Below, one piece after another: positions 38,107 through 53,631 of a DNA stretch of 64,000 bases; positions within the stretch are counted from its first letter, which is position 1, and each line of letters starts with the position of its first letter. The stretch is from Utricularia gibba (lineage: Eukaryota; Plantae; Magnoliophyta), in the NCBI GenBank assembly GCA_002189035.1, contig NEEC01000013.1, forward strand, positions 2,046,001 to 2,110,000, given 5' to 3'. The notes beneath the pieces are model-generated. The model did not search any database. It was not told where the DNA came from and saw only the letters and a list, made by a program, of their open reading frames with translations. The position numbers and the translations under genes were made by a program.

Positions 38107-41100
38107 ATGATGTGGAGGTCAGTCTCGTTTTTGCTTGAGTTTAGATGTTCGGTTTTAGTGTTAGCTAATTTTGTGGAATGGGTTCCCTTGTAAATTTCGT
38201 GGGCAGATTGAGCCGCAGCTTGAAATCTTTCTCCTCTTCCTTTTCGGAGTGCCAAGCCTTTTCAAATGTACATTCTTTGGGAAAGTCGAGTCTTTGTTTA
38301 ATCGTAAGGGATTCATTACTCTGATTCACTGCCTGCATTTTTTTTTCTTCGTCATATCAGTCCTGCATAAATCCATTTCATCAAGTTCTAATATAAGAAA
38401 ATTACTATTAGGGGCGGAAATATGCAGCTGGATTAGAAGCATTCTCACTCTTTGGGAGTTCAAATGGTAATAATTTCTGGTGATTCGATTTTGCATTATG
38501 TGTGAATACATCTCTACAGTTTTGTGAGGATGTATGTATTTCTTGCTTATGTAATTGAAGTCATACACGACTTCGCTTTTTTTTTTTTGACGGCGAATAT
38601 CTAAAGGTGCAGAAGTATTTACGAGAGAAATTGTTGAATTACTTAAGTTAGGGGAGAGAACTAGAGCTTCTCTTCACTTAATGGAGCTGAGCAGCGCAGG
38701 CCAAGGACTGCACTCCAGGGACTTCATTCTAATTTTTAATTTTTTCGCAAAAATTGATCCACTGGCAAGTTTTTCTTTCCATTGTTTTCTTGTAGCATTT
38801 TGTGTGTCCCGATGTTTTTTTAAATTCATCATGTTAAGTACCATTTCGTCTCTCATCTGGTGTAGTTTGCACTGGAAACTTGGAAAACTGCAAGGGACAA
38901 AAATATTCAGCTTGATGGCAAATGCTTTTTGCTTGTATTTGAAGCTCTCTGCGAAGGTGGTTATCTGAAGGAGGTATTATAAAAAATGTCAATTTATCAC
39001 ATAGCTATTGCCTATGTTGTTTTTGTACACGTCAGTGTAGTATTATGATGAAGGTGTGTGCTTGCTTTTAGGCTTGCCTAATTTTTTGGAGCTCCTTGTA
39101 CCTCAGGCGGTCAATATGTTCAGGGAAGATACAGAGATACATTCAACGCTGCCTTCATACAATCATCTCTTGAGAGCCTCTATTCAAATGAATAGTTTAA
39201 ACACCGCTAATGAGTGCTTGTACCTGATGGAACAGCAATGTATGGGCAAAAACACCGAAACCTATTCTCTTCTGCTTGAGGTACGTTAAAAGCTTCCCCT
39301 TTACTTGTACTAGCTGTTTGCAAATTCAAATATTTCACATGAAATTCAAAATACTTGGAAAAACAATTTTTTTGGGAAGGTTTTCTTTCGTATATATTGA
39401 AGTACTGTGTTCTACATATGAACCAAATCTAGCAGTTGTATTTTTGTTGCCTTATTTTTAGGTCTACTGGTTTGTGCTTATTTTTTTACCAGAACTTCAT
39501 ACGCGTGTATTGCCTCTTTTATTCTCTTTTTGTAGTTGTAGGTATCTGTCATAGCTGCATTTGTGTTTTTATTTTCACATCAATGATAATTGAGGTCATA
39601 GACAATAGCAATAGTTTCTAAATAGGCCTTAATTTGCTGGAAAGGATAAATGGGGTGAGAAAAATTGAAGCCGCATTAAAATGTTGTCAAGTTACTTTAA
39701 AATTATTACAGCTACTTCATTTCAGTATGCAGTAATGCGGAAGGATCTCCAAACAACACGTCAAATTTGGCAGCAGTACATTAGAAATCATGGTCTAAAC
39801 ATTGCAATTCTTCAGAAGTTCGTTAGATCATTCATGGTGTTAAGAGATCTTGAGTCTGCTTACTTGGCTTTGCAGCATATTATAGCTCTTTCATTGCAGC
39901 TAAAATTTTACACTGCAAAATATGCTGGAAATAGCTGGCTTGTTGACTCTACAGCGGACATCCCCATTCCTTTCCATGATGAGTTTATTCAAATTCGAAA
40001 CCCTGCAATTGAGCCGAAGAAATCTGGACCCGTGTCATATTTTTCCACACAGCCTGTCAACCGACCTCTCAAAAGGCTTTTGAGGTCTTCTTTTAATGAT
40101 GTAATCTATGCCTGTGCAGATTCCGGAAGTGATCTTTTGGCTGAGGAGTTAGTGTTGCAGGTATTGAAAGTTTTTCAGTTAAGGTAATTGGTCTCTGTTG
40201 GATAAACAATATGCAACCAAAAGATCAACTGAAATTCATAGTTTCTTCCTCGTAAACTACATCATAGTTGACTTGTCGAGTGGTTGGGACGCTCCCTCTT
40301 TGTATTGTAACTGACGTAGTTATAATATTAGCCTTGCTAAAACTCAACTATGATATAGTTGGTGAGGAAGAAGTTGTGAATTTGTATTGTCAGGGATAAG
40401 GATTCACAGGGTTCATTCCAGTGATGATATATCACATGCCTAATTGTTCTGAAACTATATTGAAGGAGTTCCTAAGAGCATTGGCATTCACTTATTTCAC
40501 TTTCTATTCTACCTCGCTGCAGATGCAGAATCTTGGTCTAGCACCATCACGGGGGACATATGATGGCCTCATAAAAGCATTAGTTTCTGTGAGATCATTC
40601 CATTATGGCATTGAAGCAGTAAGATGTCTATTTTCTTACCTGGCTGTTAGTCCCAGCTATCTAAGCGTACTTCTCATACACATGCAGTTAAAGAAAATGA
40701 AGCAGAATGGTCTGAGGCCCTATAACTCAACTCTTGCAGCCCTGTCAGCGAGCTGTTCCAGGGGACTTCAGCTTGATTTGGCTCAGATGTTTCTGGTTCA
40801 AATATCCAAATATTTCAAGATTTATCCTGTCAATGCTTTTCTGAAAGCCTGTGACACCATGGTAGGTATGCTTGTGCTTTCTAATAGTCATTCATTGCTT
40901 ATAAATACTTTCAATTTCATATTGACTATTTTACACATAATTTGTCTATCATAGAGCTTCAAAAATTAAAACTGAATGGTAGCACCGTGGATGTCCCCTA
41001 GTTTCTGTTTCTTTGGTTTTTCATTGCAACTAGTTCCCTGTATTTGGCAGGGTCAACCTGATAGAGCTCTGCGGGGACTGTCTAAAATGAAGCATTTAGG

Positions 41101-42488
41101 CATCAAGCCTAATATTAGGACATATGAACTGCTCTTTTCGTTGTTTGCAAATGTCAATGCACCTTATGAGAAGGGAAATCTGGCGTCACAAGCTGTTGCA
41201 TTGAAAAGGATAAGGACCATAGAAATGGACATGAAGAGGCATGGTATCCAGCACAATCATCACTCCATCAAAAAGTTGGTCAGCGTCCTTTTCCATGGCA
41301 TGAAATAATTTCAAGCAACGATAACGGAATGATATTTTAATGCACCCTTTCTTATTTTTTCCAGCTGAAAGCTCTTGGCATGGAAGGAATGCTGGAGAAG
41401 ATGCTTCAGCGTCTTGAAGTCGTAGAGCGCCTGCTTTTATACTCAAAAGATCACGAAATCACAGATGTCTACAACACGGCCTTGCACACGCTAGTTGAAG
41501 CCAACAATGTATTTATTGCTTTTTTTTATGTATAATATGCTGAGCTTTCTTATCATGTTTACTACTGATGGTTCTGTTTTTCCGGCAGTGTGGGATGGCA
41601 GTTGAGGTGTTCAATAGAATGACTTCATGTGGAATCTCACCAGATGAAACCACCTACGGTATCATGATAGAATGCTGTAATACCTTGACATGCTCTCGGT
41701 CTGCTGCTGCCCTGATTTCACAGATGATTCGCCTTGGATATTGTCTGAACCCGATTGTTTTAACCTCTTTTATTAAGGTATTGTCTGGAACCGTTCCACC
41801 ATCGTATTCAGCACATGATTATGTATGCAACTGTCACAGGGCTTGATGAGCCACGGAAATTTTGGTGAAGCACTTGAAGTCATTGATTCTACAGGGATAC
41901 AACCTGATATTATTCTGTACAATGAAATTCTTCTGGCAGCTGTGATCAAGGTACACCTAAAACTTCTGGCAGCATATGGATATCCGACATGTGTGTGTAT
42001 AAAGATTGAAACTTCTTCACCATTTAGATCATCTGGGCATTTCACTCATTCTCTGTTGCTCTCGTTTTCAGAGAAGAGTAGATGTGATCGAGATGATCCT
42101 TGAGCGGATGCGCCGAGAGAAAATCCAGCCTGACCCAAAAACATGTACTCTCGTTTTCAATGCATATGTAGAAATGGGGTTCCTCAACACTGCCATGGAG
42201 GCCCTGCAAGTTCTGTGCATGAGAATGCTTGCCGAAGACGACGACACCCTCGAAGAATACCGGCTACAATATGAGAATCTGGTCATGGACGAGGAGCAGC
42301 CAGAATCCACCATACTTGATGCTTTCAACGATTCACCATACGCCTGCGTTGCGCTGCTGTGCTTGAGATGGTGCGCCACAGTTATGGCTTCCACTGTATC
42401 CTGGACACCAGAAGAAACACAATGGGCGAAGGAGCTTTCGAGGGCTTATGCTCCAACTTCCCTACACCCAAACCGCACGAAGAGTTAG
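38107..42488 (+). CDS. Multi-intron P-type pentatricopeptide repeat protein (At1g76280-like); start and first exons uncertain
   Basis: PPR motifs (MQNLGLAPSRGTYDGLIKA, MKHLGIKPNIRTYELLFSLFANVNAPYEKGN, GISPDETTYGIMIECC, IQPDPKTCTLVFNAYVEMG) in GT-AG exons from about 39063 to stop 42488. Confidence 0.8.
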
Positions 42489-43124
42489 GGTTGCAGACAG
42501 GAAAAGGAGGAAGCTTTCACTCCTCCAGACTACTGGTAACAGAAATAAGTAGATAACAGGGGAGCTTTTTGTAGCAGGAGCAAAGAAAGCAGAATTTGCG
42601 AATTGGTCCGTATTTTATTGATTTGTTCAGATTTAGTCCTTAGGTAATTTTGGTTTTATAGTTTATACGAAATTTTATTTTTATGGTTTAAAAGCAAAAT
42701 ATAATTTACTGGTTTAAATTTAAACTATTTTTTTAAATATATTAAATAAATCATATAGAAAATTTTTACATGATATATTCTTGTTCATTTTAAGTAAACA
42801 TACGTAATAAATTTAAATTTACTAAAATTAATTTTAAATTTACCAAACTCGGGTTACTAGCCTTGCCGGTTGGGACCGGATTTCACTGCTAACGGTAAAA
42901 AGCGTAAAAGGATAGAAGAAAAACGTGACATTTGCCCATGTGATGACTGACGTGCGGTTGATTTCTTGGCTAAAAAGAAAGAAGTTTTCTGGGTGATTTG
43001 GTTACATTTGTCTAGCTGTTTATAAATATGGGCGCTGGATTGACGTGGGGTGTCTTGACTAACTGAGATTTCTGTTCTGCTCTGCTTTCTTTTATCTTGT
43101 TTTTTCGTATACGGCGTGGGAGTC

Positions 43125-46100
43125 ATGCACCTGTACAACGCATGGTTGCCGCCTCCGGTGGCGGAGGCGGCGAGGCAGGAGAAAGACGCGTTTGCTGGAG
43201 TTGTTCGATCCGTTAAGGAGGCATATCGGCTGGATGATCCTGAATCAGTTTATCCTACTCTGAAATGGGTTCCAATCATTGACCTGTTAGGCTTCTAACT
43301 GTGCATTATTTTTTCGTTATGGGTTGATGTTGAACTGGGGTGGGGGTTGGTATGTTGGACTTAATCCAGATATGGTGATAATGAACAACTTCATTCGTGT
43401 TTTGTGTTTTTTTTTCTTTTGTGGAAGAAGTGGGCCATTTTGCTTCTGCTCATATATTCTTCATTAGCAGGTTTGTGAAGGCAAAGAGTGATGTAAACAT
43501 TGAAGATATCTCTACCGTTATAGAAGTGGGATTGAAGCTGTTTATAACAGCAGATAACAAGCTATATGCTCAGGTAACATGTGCAAGACGGTTGTCTTGT
43601 ATGTGAACTTTTACTGATTGATTGGACTTCTCATCTTGATGTTCTTGAAACAGGTCAAGTGGGGAAATGTTTTAGTTAGATTGTTGAAGAAATACAGGAA
43701 GAAGTTATCTTTAGAAGTTCAATGGAGGCCTTTGTATGAAACTTTTATCCACACCCATTTTACAAGGTGATTTTTGAAATGTGTAATGATTATGCCATAT
43801 TTTTATTTGAATCTGGTATTCTTTCTAAAATTTCAAAATTTTGTGTTTAGTAGTGTGAATGGATATCTGGTTCTTGTGTAATGGATATAAAGTGCTTCAT
43901 CTTTTTTTTTCCAATTTTTTGTTTGTAATTGGAGGATGCATTAACCCCTGTTCTAGGAACACTGGCCCTGAAGGTTTTAGATTGAGACAGCAACATTTTG
44001 AAATGGTAACTGCACTTGTTCGATCTTGCCGGAGATTCTTTGTCCAAGGTGCTGCCATTGAGATATGGTCTGAGTTTAGGTTCGTTTTCTGTTATTTATA
44101 TCTGATCACTGGTCCCACTCTTTCTAGTAACATGACCCAGCTCTTTCTGATATTATTTTCTTACTGTTTTTTAATCCCTGCCGACTTTTTCTTCTTCCCC
44201 ATCTATTATGATGGCATTTGTTTTTCATTCTGAAAAATACCATTGCTTTATTAGCATTATTTTGCAATGTCGTGTAGCATATTACATTTCCTTTGGTTTG
44301 GTTGCTCTTTTGTGGCATTTTTTTCTACGTAATAAATCAATCCAGTTCTTCAGATCCTTGATGGAAAATCCTTGGCATAATGCCTCCTTCGAAGGGGCAG
44401 GACTTCTACGATTGTTCCTCCCAACCAACCTTGCAAACCAGGATTTTTTTAAGAAGTAAGGAAATACTTTGGTATTATATGCTTCAAAATGAGTTCATGT
44501 TAATTAGTGTTGTCATTGCAGTGACTGGATTACAAAAGCCTTAGATCTTTGGAAATCCATACCCAATTGCCAATTCTGGAACAGCCAATGGGCTTCTCTT
44601 ACTGCTCGTGTTATAAAGAACTGCAACGGCCCTGACTGGGAATCTGTCCTGCCTGATTTATTTAGTATCTACTTAAACATGTTCGAGGTATGTTGCACAC
44701 CAAAATAACCAACCCTTGGTTCAGTTTACTTTTAATTGTCCTCAAATTCCAAGGTGGAATGCCCCATCAAAGTCAGCTTGCTTGCTTGCTATGTTCTCCA
44801 AGTAACTTCGATCATTTTCTTGTAAAGTGTTTACCCCGCTTAATTAGACTATGAGTTCATTTTTTATTAGAATGTTTACCATACACTTAACTTGAGATAT
44901 ATGGTCAAAGTATGAAACAATTACTGTTCTGATCTTTTTGCAGGTTCCTGTTGCCCATGGACGTGGCTCATATCCATACCCAAGAGATGTTCCAAGAAGC
45001 ATGGCATTCTTATTTTCAAATCGGACAGCTAGTCTATCAAAATCTATTGCAAAGTCAATTGTAAGAGTTGTATGCCTTCTATTTGATTTCAGTTGGGATG
45101 TAGGTTACATGCTATTCTATTTCCGCATTCAATGCAGGTGTATCTAATAAAACCTCAAGGCTCAGCACAAAAGCACTTCGCGCAATTAGTCAACCTTTTA
45201 GAACAGTTCGTCTTTGACATACTTTGTTTGTTTTAGATTTTTTTTTTTTTACCAATTTGATACCAGTTCCTGCCTAAAATATTAGATATTATCATCCTTC
45301 AAATGGGGGCCGGTGGACTCACTCCTTGGGCCAATTCTTGTACCACTTGGTGAATTCATTTCAGAAACGTTTGCAGCTCGAGCATCTGTGAGAGATTTTT
45401 GGATTACTTATTAAAATGAACTTGTTTGTCAGTGTCTGAAACATGCGTTTTTACAGGAACACGTGTGTGGTGGATCCTGCTACATTGTTCATGGAAAATA
45501 ATGAAAGGGCCTCTTTTGTTAATAGCATACTCACGTTAATTCATCGTGGGCAGTACAGTAAAAACGATCAACTTTCAAGAACTGTTGCTGATGCAACTTC
45601 TATTTTGTCATACATTGAGCCTTCTTTGGTTTTACCATTCTTGGCCAACAGCTTTCACATGGCCTTGGAGACTGTAAATTCCTTTTTTGGTCTTTGCCTT
45701 TTTTTATTATTGATGGTTCCCACCAGTTCTTTTTCCCTCTGAAAAACTTTAAAAGTTGAAACATCAGAAGACATTCATGTTCGATCTGCTGAACTAACTG
45801 ATGTTACTACTCAGGAGACAGCCACCCACCAGTTGAAAACTGCCTTGACATCTGTAGCATTTTCTGGAAGATCTCTGTTTTTTGCTACCCTACCTCCAGG
45901 CGCTTGCAATGCTGATAAAGCTGGTTCATATGCTGATGTGCTAATGATTTCTCTATCCAATGCATTACATGGGATGGATGCAAATGACCCACCCAAAACA
46001 CTGGCAACCATGCAGCTTATAGGATCTTTGTTCTCCAGTGTAAGCCTTTTTTCTTTAAGAATTTTTCTTTGTTTACATCCATTATTCTCATTATCCTTTC

Positions 46101-49100
46101 ATGGCAGATATCTTCCTTGGATGAAAATTTTATTGAGGGATCATTGATCTCTTCGTTTCCGTTGTCAGAATGGCTTGATGAGTTCTTGGATCGGTTGTTT
46201 TCTCTACTTCAACATTTGGAACATAGTGATGTTATGTAAGGCTTTGTTTCACCAGATATATATAAGGCTTATCTTATGCGTTGGGAATTGGAAAATATAA
46301 TCTATATCGCTGCAGGAGTGACAGCTTATATTCACCTGTTACTTCCGGGACCTTTCTGGTGGAGGATGGCCCGTATTACTTTTGTATGCTTGAGATTCTC
46401 ATTGGTAGGCTCTCAGATTCACTATACAAGCAGGTGATGACAAATTTGAAGATATTTTTTTTTTTAACTTGGAACTGACTTACGATTGAAACATATGCAA
46501 TGAATATAGGCGCTCAGAAAGATATCCAAGTTTGTCACCACAAATATTCTTCCTGGAGCAACTGCAGAAGTTGGATTTCTCTGTTTTGCATGTGTTCATG
46601 CTAATCCCAGAGAAGCAATTATTAAAGTTATTAAACCTATTCTGGAGCTAGTTATTTCCTCATTGAAGGCAACACCTGCCACTGGCTATGGAAGTGGAGC
46701 AGCTTTTGATGCCTCGTTCTTAAGAAAGGTTCTCTTGCAAGTTCTTATATGTTCTAACCCCTGGTATGTGATTATATTTTTTTATTTTGGTTCAGAAAAA
46801 AACACCGCTGTCTCCCAATCTTGAGACATCAATCGTGTATCAATTGAAATTGCTTGCATTTGGAATCACTTATGGAGGTCCAGCACTTGTCCCTTACAAG
46901 GAGCAACTCAAAGAAGTCATCGCTTTGGCCTTTGATTCAACGTCTTGGAAGGTTTATTTGTGTTTGATCAAGTGGACGCCCCTAAAAAGTTATATGTGTC
47001 ATTTTAAAGAAGTCTTGATTTTTTCTCTTATACATCCGAACTCTCTTTTAACATGCTGTTTCTCTGTTTTGGAGTCTGCATATAAAAATTCTGCGCTTAC
47101 TAATGACTGCTGAAGATTAAAAAAAAAAGCAACAATTAGACATTTCAGCATTTAAATGATGCATTTACTAGAATTTTGTCGCAGAGACACGTTCACTGCT
47201 GAAGATCGATATTGCATGAATGTTTAGGATGAAAAAATCTGTAGCATCAAGTTACTATTGTTGATTCAGTGTATTTTGTGAAATACTTTGAATGCATGCA
47301 TAAAATTATATGCAGTTACACCATTAATGGTGCATACAGCTCTCTTGTCTTCAATTTTAGGCCCGCAGTTATAATAATGTATGAACTGTCTTGGGGTTAT
47401 GATCTAACTTGCGCAAACTTCTATCTGTCATCCAGGTAAACAGAGCTGGTGATAATGTTCTTCGTTCTCTGTTAGGGAGTCTTGTTCTATATTATCCAGT
47501 TGATCAGTACAGGTAACTTTTACTCTTAATCCATCCTCTGGCATTTTCTATCCACTTGGATGCATCTGCTTGTATTATTGACATATGTGCTTGTAACAAC
47601 CTCCTAGATGTGTTATGAACCATCCTTTGGCTGCTTCAATGGAGGAATGGATTGATAAGAAAGACTTTACTGAGGGCAAGCACATTGCTGGTCCCGAGTG
47701 GCACATACCTACAGATGAAGAAATTAACTTTGCCAATGACCTTCTGAAGCTGCATTTTGAATCTGCATTGAATGACCTGCTTAATATCTTCCATTTAAAA
47801 ATCCATTCAGATTCAGGTATTTAAAAAACATTAGAGGAGAAAATGCATTAGTATTCGCATAATAAAAATGTTGTACTGCTGTAGCAGTGGAACCTGGGAA
47901 AGTTTTTTACATTTGTGATAAACATGTTTTTAAATCCTTTTTTTTAGGGCCATTGATAGCAGGGACATGAACATTTGTTGAGTTGTGTACCTAGTCTTCT
48001 TATGTGTAATGGCATGTGTTTTCCCTGTGTAACTATATTAGACCAACTTCCTTATTTTAGATATTATTTACTCTTATTGATTGGGTGGAACATTCTCTGT
48101 ATGTATAGGTGATGAAAAAGATCACTTGAAGGTCACTCTTCTTCGGGTTGATTCATCACTGCAAGGTGTTTTGTCGTGTTTGCCTGATTTCAAGCTGCAA
48201 TTCGTGGATGGTGTCGCTGAAGATGCAGGCTGCTTTCCTGTCTTCATTGCTGGAGCGATGGGATCACGTGTAGGCAACTCAGAATTGCGAGAAAAAGCTG
48301 TGGATGTCATTCATGAAACCTGCAAGTAATTTCCTTGTCTATTTTTCCTGCCCCATATTCATTTCATAAACTGCCCTGATCCATCTTCACTTATTACAGA
48401 TATTTGATCAAGGAGAAGTCTGATGATAGCATCTTATTTCTATTGCTCATTCACATAATGGACACATTAGCAAACTATGGTAAATTCACCTTACGAAAGA
48501 ATTTATTGTTTATGCTTGTTCTCACAATGCTTCTTGTGATGGTCAGGTAGTTCAGAGTATGACGAATGGTCAAATCAAAGACAAGCTTGGAAACTGGAAT
48601 CTGCCGCTACCATTGAGCCTACAGTAAACTTAATCATATCATCTCATTCAAAGGGAAAAAGAAGGTATGCTACCTCATAATGCATTTATTTGTTTCATCT
48701 TGTTTGCTTCTGATGATCAGAGCCATGATGCACAATTTGCTTTACCACAGGCCAAGGTGGGCGCTCATTGACAAGGCATATATGCACAACACATGGAGAT
48801 CATCCCAGTCATCATATCACTTAGTTCAGATGGGCAAGAACATATTTCCATCTGATCGCTTGAGCCTTTTAGTGGATGATCTTCTTGATCTCTCGCTGCA
48901 TAACTATGAGACAGTCAGAAGGTAACAAGGTCAAGTGCCATTTTAGATAATATGTTCTCACAATTCCTTGAAAGAATCTAATTCTTCTTGCGTTTTCCTC
49001 CCATCAGGCTTGCATCAAAATGCATTCTCAATTTGATAAAACGATGGCCGTCAGTAACAGGAAATTGTGTGATAAAACTTTCTGAGAACCTAAGAAATCC

Positions 49101-52100
49101 TAGCTTGCCTGAGCATGCAGTCTTAGGTTCATGTGCAATACTTTCATCCAAAACCATTCTGAAGCGATTATCCAGGGTATCATCTTTATATATTTCTAGG
49201 ATCATTGATTTTGAATGGGGCTCACTATTTTTTCCTGACATTCTCTTTGTTTTGCCGTACATCCAGGACATGAGAGTTTTTTCTTCGTTCCTTCTTGGAA
49301 TTTTATATAGGTGAAGTTTCTTGATGATTATACTTTTTTATTTGTTTTGAAATGTTATGCAGATGAAGCTCATCTATATTTTTTTCGTATTGTGAAGCTC
49401 CCATAATGAATCACTAAAAGCTCAGAAAGCAATCACTGAGGTAAGCTTTATGAGTGCTTAACCTTTCATTCCTTCTCAATTGATGATTCTTTTATTTCTT
49501 TCAAAGTTTAAGGAAATGAAATCATTTAAAGTTTCTTTATCCAAACTATATGCACAAGCAGCTTTTTGTCAAGTTCAACACCCATTTTATGGGATTGCCA
49601 AGGATGACTTTCACAGATGATCATAATTATGGCACCGATTTCTCAAATTTGGTCGCTGATATTGGCTCTATAAGCCTGCTAAGCACCAATGTGCATTGGC
49701 GGTATGGGTTCTCTACACTAGCATTACTAGATACTGTTGAATTTATATTTGATGCATGGCTGCAAAACGCAGCTTTTTGGATTTTTATCACATGCTTTGA
49801 GGAATTTTTTGCTGAATCTCTAAATGGAATTTCCAGGTATAATTTGATGGCTAACAGAGTCCTACTTTTGCTGGCCATGGCATCTCGAAGTTACTCAAAT
49901 GAACCGAGTAATGCTCTGAAAGAAATTTCAGGTAGTATATCTAACTCAGCCTTGTTTCCTCTGATTTTGATTTTCTGTTCTTAATTCCAGTTTTTCTTTC
50001 ATGTTATTTCTTTAATTGTGTAGACACTGATCGTTTTGAATAATATTGCTATTGTGCATGCAGTATTTTCATGTTAAATTTTTTCCACTTTCAGGTCACT
50101 TTTTGAAGAATCTCAAAAGTCAACTTCCACAGACGAGAATATTAGCTATATCTGCTCTAAACACACTTCTAAAAGAGTCACCCTACAAACATTCAGCAGA
50201 GAAGGGCATTACAGGCGATGAATACCAGGTGGGAGACAAATCATCTTTGGAAGATGCTTTGACTGCTATTTTCCAGGATGAAGGCTTTTTTGGCGAGACT
50301 TTGAATAGTCTTTCTCATGTTCATATAATCACAGATGTGGATGCTGGATCTTCAAAAGGGAATTATGATGGTTCTTCTATGCAGAATTTTTTTGAGAAGT
50401 CCATAACTCATTTTTATTTTGATTTTTCTTCTTCATGGCCTCGGACACCTAGTTGGATTTCATTGTTTGGGGATGATAACTTTTACCCAAACTTCGCAAG
50501 AATATTTAAAAGGCTTATTCAGGAATGTGGTGTGCCTTTCGTGTTGTCCCTCAGAAGTTCTTTGGAGCAATTTGTGGTTGCTAAGGAGAGGGCAAAGCAG
50601 TGTGTTGCTGCTGAGGCAATGGCTGGAGTTCTGCACTCTGATGTCATTGCTGTGTCAGAAGAATGGGACAACTGGATAGGGGCCCAGTTGACTGATATTA
50701 TTAATGCACCTTCTGTGGAGTCTATTCCAGAGTGGGCTGCAAGTATCCGTTATGCAGTCACTGGAAAAGGGAATTTGGGAGCTAGAGCACCTCTTCTGAG
50801 ACATAAAGTACTTGATTGTCTGATGAAACCTCTACCCGAAACCGTTGCCACTTCCGTGGTTGCCAAACGATATACTTTTCTAGCAGCTGTTCTCATTGAA
50901 TTATCTCCTCCAAGAATGCCAGAAAATGAAGAAATGGTTCACTATAATCTTCTGGATGAGTTGCTAAACAACATGTCTCACTCCTCTGGATATGTAAGTT
51001 GTCATTAATGGACACAGTATGCTGTGTTCTTTTTTTTTTTTTTCAATGAACACACTATGGCTCCCTGGATTCATATTTTGTTTTTGACCCTGAATATTTT
51101 CATTTTGCATTTTCTCAAATGAATTTGATTAGAATACTCTTATCATTTTGGCATAAAGTTGCTGTGGCTTGTCTAGCCTAGTAGTAAGGGGTTCAATAAC
51201 CATGAGGAGAAATATTATTGTTTAGACATGTTAGTATTGATAATAGTGTTTAGAGAGTGAGTCTTTTCACATACACAAAAGTGTGAAGTTGCCATTCCAC
51301 TGATGATATTAACATAAGCCAACTCCTAACAGGTAAGAGAAGCAGTTGGTGTCACACTTTCTGTGATATGCTCAAACCTTAGAGTGCACGCATCTTTTAA
51401 AAGAGAACAATTGCACGACAGTGGAATGAGGGACATTGATTCAAGAGATGTTAGATGCTGGGATCAATTTCTCATCAAGCGAGCTAATGAAATTGTACCA
51501 AAGATACAAAGTGTTAATGCATCAGATGTGGTAGAAGGATCATCCAATTCAATCAACCATCCTCAAGATGAAATCAAGTGGATGGAAACGGTACTCGTTT
51601 GTAATTGCTTGCTCCAGTAACTAACCTGTTTTTCAGCTTGATAATATGCGTGTTTCCAACTGCAGCTATTTTATTTCATCATATCATCGTTGAAATCAGG
51701 CAGGTCCTCAGTTTTGATGGGTGTTATTGTGGAACTTTTGTATCCCGTGATAGCTTTGCAGGTAAAGTTACTTACTACCTATTTTTTGAAGGCAGTATCT
51801 TTGCTCTTGGACTTCAAAAGCCGAAACTTACCATGTTTACTTACTATTGCCGTTTTTTTTCAAGGACGAGTCAGCTTGATTTATTATTCTATGTTATTTT
51901 TATAGTTTTTATTTTGTTAATGAAAGTCTGGATTCATTTATTTTGAAGTCCTCTTAGTTTATTTAGGATTGAATTACCAAGCTAGCAGCGCATCCACTGA
52001 TCAGTGTTATCTATCAAGAAGATAGAAATTTTACCATTGCAAAACTAGGCCTTTGTTTTGTGTTTGCCTATGACTTTGCCTGATGTTTTTAAAGGAAACA

Positions 52101-53631
52101 TAAATAGATAGTGGGATTAATACTCTTCTTGTTGATTTTATGAAGGATACATCAAATAAGGACCTTTCAAATCTGGCCAAGGCTGCGTTTGAACTGCTAA
52201 AGTGGTTGGTCTTTGATAGACCCCATCTCACAAAATCACTGCATAACATTCTTTTGCTTGCTGATGACCCCAATTGGAGAACTCGGTCTGCAACTTTAAC
52301 GTATCTGCGGAGTTTCATATACAGGTTATGCTGTTAGTACTTGTTGGATTGTGCTTCTTTTGTTTCATATGCGATTGCCCTAAGCGTATGAAGTGTATTT
52401 TCGAAGTAAATTTCTGTTTTCGTAATGCGTTACCAAAATATTGATTGCTATCTTTCTAACAACCCGTTAACCACTAGCCTACCTTGAAAACTAGGGTAAA
52501 GGCATGTGTCACATTTTTCTTATCATCAAGTTTAAAGTTACTGTAAGTCCTCAAGTAGCAATAAGGCTGATGGTGCGTTTCTTCTTCAATTAGGCACACC
52601 TTTATCCTATCTGAGCAAGATAAGAAAACAATCTGGCAAGCTGTTGAGAAGCTTCTTACAGACAATCAGCTTGAGGCAAGATTTATTTTGCCAAATACAC
52701 TGTAAATGTTTAACATAAACAACTGCTTGTGGCTACAGGATATATTCACGATTTTGTTGCTGAGCGATACTATGTCATTACATAGACGTGTAACTTCAAG
52801 AAATTAACTTTCAGATAAGGGAGCATGCTGCTGCTGTTTTAGCAGGTCTGATGAAGGTTGGTGATGAACACTTGGTCAGCAACTTTCGCCAAAGGGCTTA
52901 TGACAATGCAGCGTTAACATTTAACAGGAGGAAGTACAGGTGCTTTTCATTGCTTGCGCTTTAAATTAACTTTTTTTATTCTATAATTTATTGTACCATC
53001 TTCCTACCCTTCTCAAAAGCGTTTTTTTTTTCATATGCCTGGGAGTTTCTTTGTTAGTGTTTATGTGGTATCTATTCAAAACCTTTCATTTTTCTTAGGC
53101 CAACTGCTGTATTTTGTGTCATCGCACATTGAAAATTACATCACTCTTCTTATCTGGGTCTGCAGAGGCAAGTTATCTACATCTCAAATTGCGGCTCTTC
53201 ATGGTTCAATACTTGCTTTGGCAGCTTGTGTACTGTCAGTCCCTTATGATATGCCAAGGTGCTCTCAACTTTTTCTAAAATCATTCTTCAAGGGCATTAT
53301 GGTATGACTTTGTAAGACTCCTTTCACACTAAAACGTTCCGTCTCAGGTGGTTGCCCGAGCACGTCACTCTACTAGCGAGATTCGTCTCAGAGCCTTCCC
53401 CACTGAAATCTACTGTCACAAAAGCTATAGCAGAGTTTCGCCGCACCCATGCCGATGAATGGAATGTTCATAAAGATTCTTTCACTGAAGAGCAACTTGA
53501 GGTAGAGCCCCCCCCTGATATGAATCCCTGTTACAAAGAACTCTGTATTCAGAATTCCTCATTTACCAGTTTATTATTGTCTGATGCAGGTCCTGGGCAA
53601 TACCTCTGCATCATCCTCATACTTCGCTTGA
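43125..53631 (+). CDS. PA200: Proteasome activator PA200/PSME4 (Blm10 orthologue), many exons
   Basis: MHLYNAWLPPPVAE start; DPNWRTRSATLTYLRSFIY; REHAAAVLAGLMK; ACVLSVPYDMP; EFRRTHADEW; C-terminal ...SSSYFA* docking tail. Confidence 0.96.

Noticed and set aside
38203-38216. GATTGAGCCGC partial match to miR171
   Set aside because: Only 11 nt, with no hairpin context.
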